This document shows, piece by piece, positions 19,374-28,222 of a DNA stretch of 64,000 nt. The notes under the pieces were generated by a model that was given only the letters and a program-made list of their open reading frames with translations, did not search any database and was not told where the DNA came from. Every line of letters begins with the position of its first letter. Position 1 is the first letter of the stretch. The stretch lies in assembly GCA_024681595.1 (NCBI GenBank), contig JAILAN010000101.1:1976-65975 (forward strand), given 5' to 3'. The position numbers were made by a program, and so were the translations under genes. The stretch is from Lachnospiraceae bacterium (lineage in GTDB: Bacteria; Bacillota; Clostridia; Lachnospirales; Lachnospiraceae).

Positions 19374-21422
19374 TTGTTTGATCTTACCAGAAACATAGAT
19401 TTTGATATGGCGGGCATGCTGATCTATGTCTTTTTGTTTTTGGCATCCTTGAGGATATATTCTTCCAAGGACCGGTCTTCCATGCATTTTTACAATATCC
19501 TGCTTGTCGGTTTTTTTACGGGAATAGCAGATATACTCGTGGTTGTAGGGGAGACATATTCGTATGCTCTGCCTGCTTATTTTTCAAAGATATTCTATTT
19601 TCTGTTCCTGTCGGGAACAGCTCTTTCCACTTACTTTGTATATAAATATGTCCGTTCATACCAGAAGGATGATCAGGGTACACTAAACAGTCCCATGGAT
19701 ATTTTTGCGCTTGCTCTGGCCGGCGGATTAATGGTCCTCGGACTGGTCAATATTTTTACCGATATTCTCATCCGACTGGATGAAAACGGAGCCTATGTCA
19801 GAGGTAACCTGGAACAGCTGGTTTATCTGCTGCCAATGGTGATCTTTGTTCTGATACTGATCAGTCTTTTCACGCATAAGGAAGACTATACCAGACGGCA
19901 GCTTATTTCAATACTCGCGCTGATAGGTATGGTATCTTTCTTTTCCATCATGCAGTATATGAATGATGACAAAATACTGTTTACCGTATTTGGAACTTCC
20001 GTGTCGTTGATGTTCATGCTGACTTCCTTGGAAACTCCCGATTACAAAAAGCTGATGGAGGTTTTAAAGGAGCAGGAGACAACAAAGCAGGAAGCATTAA
20101 AGGCTAAGGAACTGGCAGACAGATTACGCCAGGAGGCAGACAGCGCCCGTATAGCTGCTGAGGCAGCCTCCAATGAATCACAGGAAGCCAAGAAGATCGC
20201 CCAACAATCTCAGAAACTTGCGGAGGATGCCAAAGAAGCCGCTATAAGAGCCAATCAGTCAAAGAGCAGCTTCCTGGCCAGAATGTCTCATGAGATCAGG
20301 ACCCCCATGAACGCAGTCCTTGGTCTTAATGAACTTATCGCAAAGGAATCAACGCAGAAGACCATTGTTGAATATGCAAATGATGCCAAAAAGGCATCTG
20401 AGAATCTGCTTAACATCATCAATGACATTCTGGATTTTTCAAAGATAGAAAGCGGAAAACTGGAACTGGTGGAAACGGAGTATTCATTTAAGGATATCAT
20501 CAATGAAGAGTATACCCTGTTTTCTTTCAAGGCCAAGGAGAGAAATCTCAAGCTGGTATTTGATATAGATCCCAATATCCCGAGTGTACTGTTCGGAGAT
20601 GACATCAGACTGAAGCAGATCCTGACCAATCTGCTGTCTAATGCCATTAAGTATACCGAATCAGGAACCGTAACACTCAAAGTTACGCTGGAAGGACGCG
20701 GCAGAAGTTCTGCCGTTGTCAAATATGTGGTAAAAGATACCGGTATCGGGATCAAAGAAGAGGATATCGGCAAACTGTACGATGCTTTTGAGAGGATCGA
20801 AGAAAAACGTAACAGAAATATCGAAGGAACCGGACTTGGGATCAACATTGTCGTTCAGCTTCTGACGATGATGGGTTCGAAACTGATGATCGACAGTGTC
20901 TACGGACTGGGATCACAGTTCTCGTTCTCTTTGCGTCAGACTATGATAGATTCTACTCCGGTGGGAGAAATATCAGATGACCAGGCAGAAAAAAAGACGA
21001 CAGGCCACGGACAGAAACTTATTTATGCTCCCGAAGCCAGAGTCCTTGTAGTTGATGACAACAACATGAATCTTAAAGTGTTCGCAGGACTTGTCAAAGA
21101 TACCGGTATAAAGGTTGATACAGCTCTTTCCGGATCAGAAGCGCTCGGATATACTCTTAAAAACAAGTATGATCTGATCTTCATGGATCATCTCATGCCC
21201 GGTATGGACGGTATTGAGACCAGACGTGCTATTATTTCCCAGGAGGACGGGATTAATAAGGACACCATACAGATAGTTCTGACAGCTAATGCTATAAAGG
21301 GTGCTATGGAGGAATATTTAAGTTACGGCTTTGCGGACACGGTATTCAAACCTGTCAAGCAGGGTGAACTTAATGATGTTCTATGGAAGTATCTTCCGGA
21401 CAGACTGATAGAAAATGCTTGA
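19374..21422 (+). CDS. Hybrid sensor histidine kinase/response regulator (multi-TM sensor, coiled coil, HisKA, HATPase, REC)
   Basis: H-box 'SHEIRTPMNAV', N/G boxes 'LTNLLSNAIKYT' and 'DTGIGI...GTGLGI', REC 'VLVVDDNNMN...LIFMDHLMPGMDG'. The start is ambiguous: TTG 19374 directly follows the pgsA stop, or ATG 19407. Confidence 0.9.
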   Translation: MFDLTRNIDFDMAGMLIYVFLFLASLRIYSSKDRSSMHFYNILLVGFFTGIADILVVVGETYSYALPAYFSKIFYFLFLSGTALSTYFVYKYVRSYQKDDQGTLNSPMDIFALALAGGLMVLGLVNIFTDILIRLDENGAYVRGNLEQLVYLLPMVIFVLILISLFTHKEDYTRRQLISILALIGMVSFFSIMQYMNDDKILFTVFGTSVSLMFMLTSLETPDYKKLMEVLKEQETTKQEALKAKELADRLRQEADSARIAAEAASNESQEAKKIAQQSQKLAEDAKEAAIRANQSKSSFLARMSHEIRTPMNAVLGLNELIAKESTQKTIVEYANDAKKASENLLNIINDILDFSKIESGKLELVETEYSFKDIINEEYTLFSFKAKERNLKLVFDIDPNIPSVLFGDDIRLKQILTNLLSNAIKYTESGTVTLKVTLEGRGRSSAVVKYVVKDTGIGIKEEDIGKLYDAFERIEEKRNRNIEGTGLGINIVVQLLTMMGSKLMIDSVYGLGSQFSFSLRQTMIDSTPVGEISDDQAEKKTTGHGQKLIYAPEARVLVVDDNNMNLKVFAGLVKDTGIKVDTALSGSEALGYTLKNKYDLIFMDHLMPGMDGIETRRAIISQEDGINKDTIQIVLTANAIKGAMEEYLSYGFADTVFKPVKQGELNDVLWKYLPDRLIENA

Positions 21423-21517
21423 TTTGATCATCGGGATATGATAGATTGTCCGTATCGGAAACAATGATCGTCAGGGCGTATCAGCCCGATTTCTCATATT
21501 TTTTCAATATCGGAACT

Positions 21518-21546
21518 AAAGTCCGTAATACAGGACTTTGCTTTTG
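21518..21546 (+). terminator. Probable terminator after the hybrid kinase gene
   Basis: AAAGTCC / GGACTTT stem with an 8-nt loop, followed by GCTTTTG. Confidence 0.5.
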
Positions 21547-21571
21547 ATATCATTCTTACAGTAAAAAACAG

Positions 21572-21600
21572 TTGACAAAATCGAACATTTGTTTTATCTT
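21572..21600 (+). promoter_or_regulatory. Putative recA promoter
   Basis: TTGACA (21572-21577), a 17-nt spacer, then TATCTT. The first LexA-type box occupies the spacer. Confidence 0.5.
21582..21595. promoter_or_regulatory. LexA (Cheo/SOS) box 1
   Basis: CGAACATTTGTTTT compared with the Firmicute consensus CGAAC-N4-GTTCG. Confidence 0.7.
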
Positions 21601-21610
21601 TAAAAACATC

Positions 21611-21624
21611 AGAACAAATGTTCC
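21611..21624. promoter_or_regulatory. LexA (Cheo/SOS) box 2
   Basis: AGAACAAATGTTCC has a perfect GAAC-N4-GTTC core, 20 nt upstream of the recA start. Confidence 0.75.
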
Positions 21625-21643
21625 CTTAAAGGAGAATCAGATT

Positions 21644-22693
21644 ATGGAAAGAGATGAAAAACTTAAAGCATTGGATGCCGCACTCGGCCAGATTGAAAAA
21701 CAGTTCGGCAAGGGAGCTGTCATGAAACTGGGTGATCCCGCCAATACGATCAATGTTGAGACTATTCCTACAGGCTCTCTGAGCCTTGATATAGCGCTGG
21801 GACTCGGAGGAATCCCCAAGGGCAGGATCATTGAGATATACGGACCGGAATCTTCGGGTAAGACAACCGTTACACTTCACATGATCTCCGAAGTTCAAAA
21901 AAGAGGCGGAATTGCAGGTTTTATCGACGCCGAACACGCGCTCGATCCGGTTTACGCAAGGAACATAGGTGTGGATATCGATAATTTATATATATCACAG
22001 CCGGATAACGGAGAACAGGCTCTCGAGATCACAGAGACGATGGTCAGATCGGGCGCAATGGATATAGTGGTTGTCGATTCGGTCGCTGCTTTAGTTCCGA
22101 AGGCTGAGATCGACGGAGACATGGGAGATTCACACGTGGGTCTTCAGGCCAGACTTATGTCACAGGCCTTAAGAAAGCTCACAGCAGTCATTTCCAAGTC
22201 TAACTGTTGTGTAGTTTTCATTAACCAGCTTCGTGAAAAAGTCGGTGTCATGTTCGGTAATCCCGAGACAACGACAGGTGGACGTGCACTTAAATTCTAT
22301 TCGTCCGTACGTCTTGATGTTCGGAGGATTGAAACTCTGAAGATGCAGGGCGAAGCAATCGGCAACAGGACCAGAGTCAAGGTTGTTAAGAATAAGATCG
22401 CACCGCCTTTTAAAGAAGCGGAGTTTGACATCATATTTGGCAAGGGTATATCTGCATCGGGAGATCTGGTAGATCTTGCTACAGATGCGGACATCATCAA
22501 CAAGTCCGGCGCGTGGTATGCCTATAACGGCAATAAGATCGGCCAGGGACGTGAGAATACCAAGCTTTATCTTGAAGAGAATCCCGAAGTTTTCGCTGAG
22601 ATCGACGCCAAGGTCAGAGCATATTACGGTTTGAACGGAGTATCGAATAATGACGGTAACAGCAATACAGGAGCTGACAAAGAAGAAGAGTAG
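21644..22693 (+). CDS. recA: Recombinase RecA
   Basis: '[23 protein letters not shown]', Walker A 'GPESSGKTT', '[22 protein letters not shown]'. The ATG at 21644 has AAGGAG upstream; the ORF-track start at 21572 lies in the promoter. Confidence 0.97.
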   Translation: MERDEKLKALDAALGQIEKQFGKGAVMKLGDPANTINVETIPTGSLSLDIALGLGGIPKGRIIEIYGPESSGKTTVTLHMISEVQKRGGIAGFIDAEHALDPVYARNIGVDIDNLYISQPDNGEQALEITETMVRSGAMDIVVVDSVAALVPKAEIDGDMGDSHVGLQARLMSQALRKLTAVISKSNCCVVFINQLREKVGVMFGNPETTTGGRALKFYSSVRLDVRRIETLKMQGEAIGNRTRVKVVKNKIAPPFKEAEFDIIFGKGISASGDLVDLATDADIINKSGAWYAYNGNKIGQGRENTKLYLEENPEVFAEIDAKVRAYYGLNGVSNNDGNSNTGADKEEE

Positions 22694-23252
22694 AATTTTA
22701 TTTGATTCCGGAGAGAGCATAGTCTTATATAAGGGAGAGATTTCAAAATACAGGATTATCTGTGATGAAGAGATCTCTCCTTCATCTTATGATGAGATCA
22801 TTAACACGGTTCTGCCCAAAAGGGCAAAGCTACGGGCAATGCACCTTCTTAAATCAAGGCCTTATACTGAAAAGAGACTAAGAGACAAACTCGTTGAGAA
22901 CGGATATCCTTCTTCAGCAATAAACACAGCGATAGAATATGTTTCATCCTTCGGCTATATCAATGATGTAAAGTATGCCGAGGATTATTTTGATACTTAC
23001 AGGACGCGAAAAAGCCAAAAGAGGATCATTTCAGATCTTCTCGGCAAAGGAATTTCAAAAGATATAATATCGGAAGTGATCTCATCCGGGTCGTATGAAG
23101 ATAACAGGGATTATGAAGGGGAACAGATAAAGAGATTTCTGTCAAAAAAAGGTATAATCGCCGATGATCTTTCGTACGAAGATCGGCAGAAGATCAGGGC
23201 TTCTTTATATAGAAAAGGGTACGATCCGGCACTTATCGAACGCTTCATTTAA
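22650..23252 (+). CDS. recX: RecA regulator RecX
   Basis: About 200 aa and helical-repeat rich, with '[11 protein letters not shown]'. It lies immediately after recA and overlaps it by 44 nt. GGAG sits 9 nt upstream of the ATG. Confidence 0.8.
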   Translation: MTVTAIQELTKKKSRILFDSGESIVLYKGEISKYRIICDEEISPSSYDEIINTVLPKRAKLRAMHLLKSRPYTEKRLRDKLVENGYPSSAINTAIEYVSSFGYINDVKYAEDYFDTYRTRKSQKRIISDLLGKGISKDIISEVISSGSYEDNRDYEGEQIKRFLSKKGIIADDLSYEDRQKIRASLYRKGYDPALIERFI

Positions 23253-23253
23253 C

Positions 23254-23282
23254 TTGACATAACAAAGACGCAAGTATATAAT
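23254..23282 (+). promoter_or_regulatory. Consensus sigma-A promoter upstream of rny
   Basis: TTGACA (23254-23259), exactly 17 nt, then TATAAT (23277-23282). Confidence 0.7.
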
Positions 23283-23369
23283 GTTTCATGTTGTAGTTTG
23301 CTTAGTAATGTGTTTTTGCATTCTATAATATAACAGTACAATGAAAACTTAATAGGAGGTGCTCTTAAG

Positions 23370-24914
23370 ATGCAGATCGTAATTGCGATTGCAGCCACCT
23401 TGATTGTCAGCGCTCCTTTGGCATGGATCCTTTCCGCCACATACCAGAAAAAGGTTGCAAGGGAAAAGATCGGAAGTGCCGAAAGTAAAGCACGTGAGAT
23501 CATTGATGAGGCTCTTAAGACTGCTGAAGCGAAGAAAAGGGAATCCTTGCTTGAGGTTAAGGAGGAATCTATCAGGGCAAAGAACGATCTTGATAAAGAG
23601 ATCAAGGAACGTCGTGCCGAAGCTCAAAGGTTTGAGCGTCGTGTTCAGCAAAAAGAAGAGAATGTTGACAAAAAGGCTGATGCAATTGAAAAGAAAGAAG
23701 CTAACCTTGCTGCCAGAGAGGCTGAGATAAACAAAGTCAAGCAGGAAGTGGAAAAGCTTAATGAGCAAAGATTGCACGAGTTAGAGCGGATCTCAGGTTT
23801 AACCTCCGAACAGGCAAAAGAGTACTTATTAAGAATTGTTGAAGATGAAGTGAAACATGAAACGGCCGTGATGATCAAGGAGATGGAGAATCGGGCCAAA
23901 GAGGAAGCCGACAAAAAGGCTAAGGAGTACATCGTTACCGCCATTCAGAAGTGTGCGGCTGATCATGTATCTGAGACAACGATCTCGGTAGTACAGCTTC
24001 CCAATGATGAGATGAAGGGAAGGATCATAGGAAGAGAGGGCCGCAATATCAGGACTCTCGAAACCATGACAGGCGTTGATCTTATCATTGATGATACTCC
24101 GGAAGCAGTTGTTTTGTCAGGCTTTGATCCCATCAGAAGGGAAGTTGCCAGAATCGCGCTTGAGAAACTCATCGTTGATGGCAGAATTCATCCTGCCCGC
24201 ATTGAGGAGATGGTTGAAAAAGCGCAGAAGGAAGTTGAAAATCAGATTAAGGAAGAGGGAGAAGCAGCAACCTTAGAGGTTGGTGTTCATGGAATCCATC
24301 CTGAATTAGTAAGACTTCTTGGTAAGATGAAATTCAGAACGAGCTACGGTCAGAATGTGTTAAAGCATTCGATCGAGGTAGCCCAGTTATCAGGACTGCT
24401 CGCCGCAGAGCTCGGTCTTGATGTACGTGTAGCCAAACGTGCAGGATTGCTGCATGATATAGGTAAGGCAGTCGATCATGACATGGAAGGCTCACATATA
24501 CAGCTCGGTGCTGACCTGTGTAGAAAATACAAGGAATCACCTATTGTTATCAATGCGGTTGAAGCTCATCATGGCGACGTTGAGCCCACATCACTTATTG
24601 CAGTCATCGTACAGGCAGCCGATGCTATTTCGGCAGCCAGACCCGGTGCAAGACGCGAAACACTTGAAACATACACAACAAGACTTAAGCAACTCGAAGA
24701 CATCGCTAATGAATTTAAGGGTGTCGAAAAATCTTTTGCCATTCAGGCGGGTAGAGAGATTCGTGTGATGGTTGTACCCGAGCAGGTATCTGATACGGAT
24801 ATGGTGATCATGGCCAGAGATATTTCAAAGAAGATCGAATCCGAAATGGAATATCCAGGACAGGTCAAAGTCAATGTTATCAGAGAATCCCGCGTCGTGG
24901 ACTATGCTAAATAA
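23370..24914 (+). CDS. rny: Ribonuclease Y
   Basis: N-terminal TM segment, a Lys/Glu-rich coiled coil, KH domain '[12 protein letters not shown]', and HD domain 'LLHDIGKA'. 514 aa. Confidence 0.95.
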   Translation: MQIVIAIAATLIVSAPLAWILSATYQKKVAREKIGSAESKAREIIDEALKTAEAKKRESLLEVKEESIRAKNDLDKEIKERRAEAQRFERRVQQKEENVDKKADAIEKKEANLAAREAEINKVKQEVEKLNEQRLHELERISGLTSEQAKEYLLRIVEDEVKHETAVMIKEMENRAKEEADKKAKEYIVTAIQKCAADHVSETTISVVQLPNDEMKGRIIGREGRNIRTLETMTGVDLIIDDTPEAVVLSGFDPIRREVARIALEKLIVDGRIHPARIEEMVEKAQKEVENQIKEEGEAATLEVGVHGIHPELVRLLGKMKFRTSYGQNVLKHSIEVAQLSGLLAAELGLDVRVAKRAGLLHDIGKAVDHDMEGSHIQLGADLCRKYKESPIVINAVEAHHGDVEPTSLIAVIVQAADAISAARPGARRETLETYTTRLKQLEDIANEFKGVEKSFAIQAGREIRVMVVPEQVSDTDMVIMARDISKKIESEMEYPGQVKVNVIRESRVVDYAK

Positions 24915-24935
24915 CCAACGAGTAATTTTTCAATT

Positions 24936-24967
24936 AGAAGACTTGGATTTTTCCAAGTCTTCTTTTA
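24936..24967 (+). terminator. Rho-independent terminator of rny
   Basis: AGAAGACTTGGA / TCCAAGTCTTCT 12-bp stem followed by TTTTATT. Confidence 0.85.
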
Positions 24968-24983
24968 TTGCTTGGATAAGGTA

Positions 24984-25050
24984 GCCGGTATCACAGTCTC
25001 AATGCAAACATGCGTTGCGGAATGTTTGCTTATGAGACTGCGATACCGGC
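24984..25050. repeat. Long imperfect inverted repeat (about 67 nt extended hairpin)
   Basis: The GCCGGTATCaCAGTCTCA..GCAAACAT arm pairs with ATGTTTGC..TGAGACTGcGATACCGGC. That gives helices of 9, 8 and 8 bp with one mismatch and one small internal loop. No T-tract follows. Confidence 0.7.
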
Positions 25051-25198
25051 AACATTGTTAATATAGAAAAAATACTGTGAATATATGATACTTGAAAAAT
25101 AAAAGGATATAAGATAATATATATAGGATGCTGATTGTATAATTGTATACAATGGATAGCAGGGTTTTATCTTAGGAAGTATTAGTAAGGGAGAAGAT

Positions 25199-26482
25199 AT
25201 GTCGAAGTATGCTGATATGTCGAGGGAAGAGCTTTTATCCCTCCAAAAGGATCTTAATGAACAATATAAGGAGGCTTGTTCCAAGGGCTTAAAGCTTAAT
25301 ATGGCCCGAGGACTGCCTTCCGCTAAACAGCTTGATATGGAAGCAGACTTTTTTGATACATTGCATCCGGATTCTGACTTTATATCCGAGGCCGGAATAG
25401 ACTGCAGAAATTACGGTGAGCTCGTCGGAATTCATGAGGCCCGCAAATTGATGGCTGACATGATGGAGATCGATGATGATGAGGTTATCGTATTCGGTAA
25501 TTCATCACTTAACGTAATGTATGATACGGTGTGTCGTTCCATGATACTCGGAGTCAACGGCAATACTCCCTGGTGCAGGCTTGACAAGGTTAAGTTCCTG
25601 TGTCCTGTACCCGGTTATGACAGGCATTTTGCCATTACGGAGCAGTTTGGGATCGAGATGATCAATATCACGTTAAACAGTGACGGACCTGATATGGACC
25701 TTGTTGAAAAATATGTCAACAACGATCCTTCTGTAAAGGGCATCTGGTGTGTTCCCAAATATTCAAATCCTTCGGGAGTGACATACTCTGATGAAGTTGT
25801 TAGAAGATTTGCAAATCTTAAGCCTGCTGCTCCTGATTTCAGGATCTACTGGGATAATGCTTATACCATACATCATCTTTATAACGGAAAAGAAGAAAAA
25901 CTTCTTGAAATCCTGACTGAATGCAAGAAAGCCGGGAATCCTGATCTTGTTCTTAAATTCTGTTCCACATCAAAGGTTACTTTCCCAGGCTCGGGAATTG
26001 CTGCACTGGGTGCATCCAAGAATAACCTTGATTTTATTCGCAAGATAATAACCATCCAGACTATCGGTCACGATAAGTTAAATCAGCTGCGTCATGTCAG
26101 ATATTTTAAGGATATCAACGGCATGAATGCTCATATGAAAAAACATGCCGAGATCATACGCCCCAAGTTTGAACTCGTTGATCGCGTACTCAATTCAGAA
26201 TTGGGAGATCTTGGAATAGGCAGATGGACCAAGCCTAACGGAGGATATTTTGTCTCATTCAATTCGCTGAACGGATGTGCCAAGACCATCGTAGGCATGT
26301 GCAAGGATGCAGGAGTTACTTTGACCGGAGCCGGGGCAACGTACCCTTATAAAAAGGATCCCGATGATTCAAATATCCGTATAGCACCTACATTCCCTCC
26401 AATCGAAGAACTTGAAAAAGCACTGGATATTTTTGTTCTTTGCGTGAAGCTGGCATCTGTAAACAAATATCTGGAGGGATAA
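25199..26482 (+). CDS. PLP-dependent aminotransferase (class I/II fold, aspartate-aminotransferase-like)
   Basis: 427 aa. 'YWDNAYTIHHL' and 'CSTSKVTFPGSGIAAL' (the Lys in an S-x-S-K context) fit the fold-type I aminotransferase pattern. GGGAGA RBS upstream. Confidence 0.7.
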   Translation: MSKYADMSREELLSLQKDLNEQYKEACSKGLKLNMARGLPSAKQLDMEADFFDTLHPDSDFISEAGIDCRNYGELVGIHEARKLMADMMEIDDDEVIVFGNSSLNVMYDTVCRSMILGVNGNTPWCRLDKVKFLCPVPGYDRHFAITEQFGIEMINITLNSDGPDMDLVEKYVNNDPSVKGIWCVPKYSNPSGVTYSDEVVRRFANLKPAAPDFRIYWDNAYTIHHLYNGKEEKLLEILTECKKAGNPDLVLKFCSTSKVTFPGSGIAALGASKNNLDFIRKIITIQTIGHDKLNQLRHVRYFKDINGMNAHMKKHAEIIRPKFELVDRVLNSELGDLGIGRWTKPNGGYFVSFNSLNGCAKTIVGMCKDAGVTLTGAGATYPYKKDPDDSNIRIAPTFPPIEELEKALDIFVLCVKLASVNKYLEG

Positions 26483-26488
26483 TCTTAA

Positions 26489-27028
26489 ATGGAACAGATA
26501 AAAAGGATCGACAGAAAACTCATAGCCAAAGGCTCTATCATAGACTATTATCAGGATACCATGCAGCTTCCTGACGGAACGACCGCACAGTGGGATCTTA
26601 TCGATCACAAAGGTGCCGCTGCTGTTGTGCCCGTACTCGATGATGGCAGGATAGTTATGGTCCAGCAATACAGAAACGCACTCGAGAGAAATACTCTGGA
26701 GGTTCCCGCCGGCGGACTTAAAACCCGTAAGGAGCCAACGATCGAAGCCGCTAAAAGAGAACTCAGGGAGGAAACGGGTTTTACATCTGATGACCTTGAA
26801 CTTCTCGTCAGTATTAAAACTACCGTAGCATTTTGCAACGAGAAGATCGATATTTACGTTGCCAGAAATCTCAAACCCGGCGAACAGGATCTTGATGAAG
26901 ATGAGTTTGTAGAGTATCAGGCATATGAGATAGATGAACTGATCCGAAGGATATATGCCTGTGAGATTCAGGATTCTAAAACTATATGCGCTATACTTGC
27001 ATATAAAGAAAAGTATATAAACAGATAA
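26489..27028 (+). CDS. NUDIX hydrolase (ADP-ribose pyrophosphatase-like)
   Basis: Nudix box 'GGLKTRKEPTIEAAKRELREETGF'. Confidence 0.85.
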   Translation: MEQIKRIDRKLIAKGSIIDYYQDTMQLPDGTTAQWDLIDHKGAAAVVPVLDDGRIVMVQQYRNALERNTLEVPAGGLKTRKEPTIEAAKRELREETGFTSDDLELLVSIKTTVAFCNEKIDIYVARNLKPGEQDLDEDEFVEYQAYEIDELIRRIYACEIQDSKTICAILAYKEKYINR

Positions 27029-27078
27029 ATTATGTAAACAAACATTTGTTATTTTTAAAAAGTTTTTTTACTGTTTTT

Positions 27079-27128
27079 ACCACATATAGTAGTCATAACT
27101 TTTATGATTGGGATATGTGGTATTTTTT
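27079..27128 (+). terminator. Terminator hairpin after the NUDIX gene
   Basis: ACCACATAT ... ATATGTGGT outer stem with an inner TCATAA/TTATGA stem, followed by ATTTTTT. Confidence 0.6.
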
Positions 27129-27254
27129 ATTCGGAAACGGTTGAAACCCTTGAAAAATAAGCAAAATTTGCGTTTGCAATTTGTGTTTTCAGCGGTTATA
27201 ATGAAACTCGCACGGCGTTTATGTAAACGTTAAATCTTTCTAGGGAGTTTTCGA

Positions 27255-28139
27255 ATGGAAGAATTGATCAATAGCTTTATGACATATTTACATAACGTAA
27301 AGAAGATGTCACAGAATACGGAGCTATCATATCGGAGAGATCTTAATAAGGTTGTTTCATACCTTAATGACCAGGGAATAGATGATATAAAGAAAGTCAC
27401 ATCCACAAATCTTACCAGTTACGTAATGTATCTTGAGAAGAATAAATTCTCTGCGGCAACTGTTTCCCGTAATATTGCTTCATTAAAGGCCTTTTACCAT
27501 TATCTGGTTAAGGAAGGATTAGTCGATGATGATGCGGCTACGCTTCTTCATGCGCCTAAGATTGAGAAGAAGATGCCGGAGATTCTTTCTATGGAAGAAG
27601 TAGTAAGACTCCTCGAACAGCCTTCAGGCGAGTCCTCAAAGGAGATCAGGGATAAGGCTATGCTTGAACTCCTGTATGCTACGGGTATCAGGGTTACTGA
27701 ACTTATCACCTTAAAGACTGAAGATGTGAACCTTAATATGGGTTACATTGTATGCCGTGACGCCAATAAGGAACGTGTAATTCCTTTCGGAAATGAGGCA
27801 AAAAAGGCTCTGACAAAGTATCTTGCAGGTACGAGATCGGCAATGGTCGCTGATCCCAATTCGGAATTTTTGTTTGCAAACTGTTCCGGACAGCCTATGT
27901 CAAGGCAGGGATTTTGGAAGCTGATCAAGTATTATGCAAAAAAGGCCGGTATAGTAGCTGATATTACACCTCATACTTTGAGGCATTCTTTTGCTGCACA
28001 TCTGGTTGAGAATGGCGCGGATCTTCGAAGCGTTCAGGAAATGCTCGGCCATTCTGATATATCAACAACACAGATCTATGCTCACATGAACCATTCACAT
28101 ATCAAGGAAGTATATGCGAAGGCACATCCGCGAGGTTAG
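27255..28139 (+). CDS. xerD: Tyrosine recombinase XerD/XerC type
   Basis: 'HTLRHSFAAHLVENGADLRSVQEMLGHSDISTTQIYAH' contains the R..H-x-x-R..Y catalytic set. 294 aa with no phage genes nearby. The choice of XerD over XerC is uncertain. Confidence 0.8.
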   Translation: MEELINSFMTYLHNVKKMSQNTELSYRRDLNKVVSYLNDQGIDDIKKVTSTNLTSYVMYLEKNKFSAATVSRNIASLKAFYHYLVKEGLVDDDAATLLHAPKIEKKMPEILSMEEVVRLLEQPSGESSKEIRDKAMLELLYATGIRVTELITLKTEDVNLNMGYIVCRDANKERVIPFGNEAKKALTKYLAGTRSAMVADPNSEFLFANCSGQPMSRQGFWKLIKYYAKKAGIVADITPHTLRHSFAAHLVENGADLRSVQEMLGHSDISTTQIYAHMNHSHIKEVYAKAHPRG

Positions 28140-28175
28140 CTTGAATTATTGAAGTTCATATGATAATAATGATAA

Positions 28176-28203
28176 AGGAACTTCGGAATTGAAGTTCCTT
28201 TTA
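28176..28203 (+). terminator. Rho-independent terminator after the recombinase gene
   Basis: AGGAACTTC / GAAGTTCCT stem followed by TTTTA. Confidence 0.75.
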
Positions 28204-28222
28204 TTTCGAAAAGGAGACTGAT

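Noticed and set aside
18858-19487. 209-aa ORF on the minus strand across pgsA and the start of the hybrid kinase
   Set aside because: It is antisense to two genes with strong family motifs. Its translation is His/Gln/Asp/Tyr-rich with no recognisable domain, and there is no RBS. This is a typical shadow ORF.
22169-22720. 183-aa minus-strand ORF opposite recA
   Set aside because: recA on the plus strand is unambiguous. The antisense ORF has no support.
25030-25284. 84-aa minus-strand ORF overlapping the long hairpin and the aminotransferase start
   Set aside because: Its translation is Ile/Tyr/Ser-rich AT-driven sequence, and it overlaps a promoter region and a supported gene start.
27255-28139. 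Tyrosine recombinase as a marker of a prophage or integrative element
   Set aside because: No flanking phage or mobile-element genes, tRNA or direct repeats were seen. The size and motifs fit housekeeping XerC/XerD next to a NUDIX gene, as in other Firmicutes.
28140-28222. Possible T-box leader upstream of hisS
   Set aside because: Only 83 nt are available and a terminator for the upstream gene occupies them. T-box leaders need about 200 nt or more with specifier and antiterminator elements, which are not visible.
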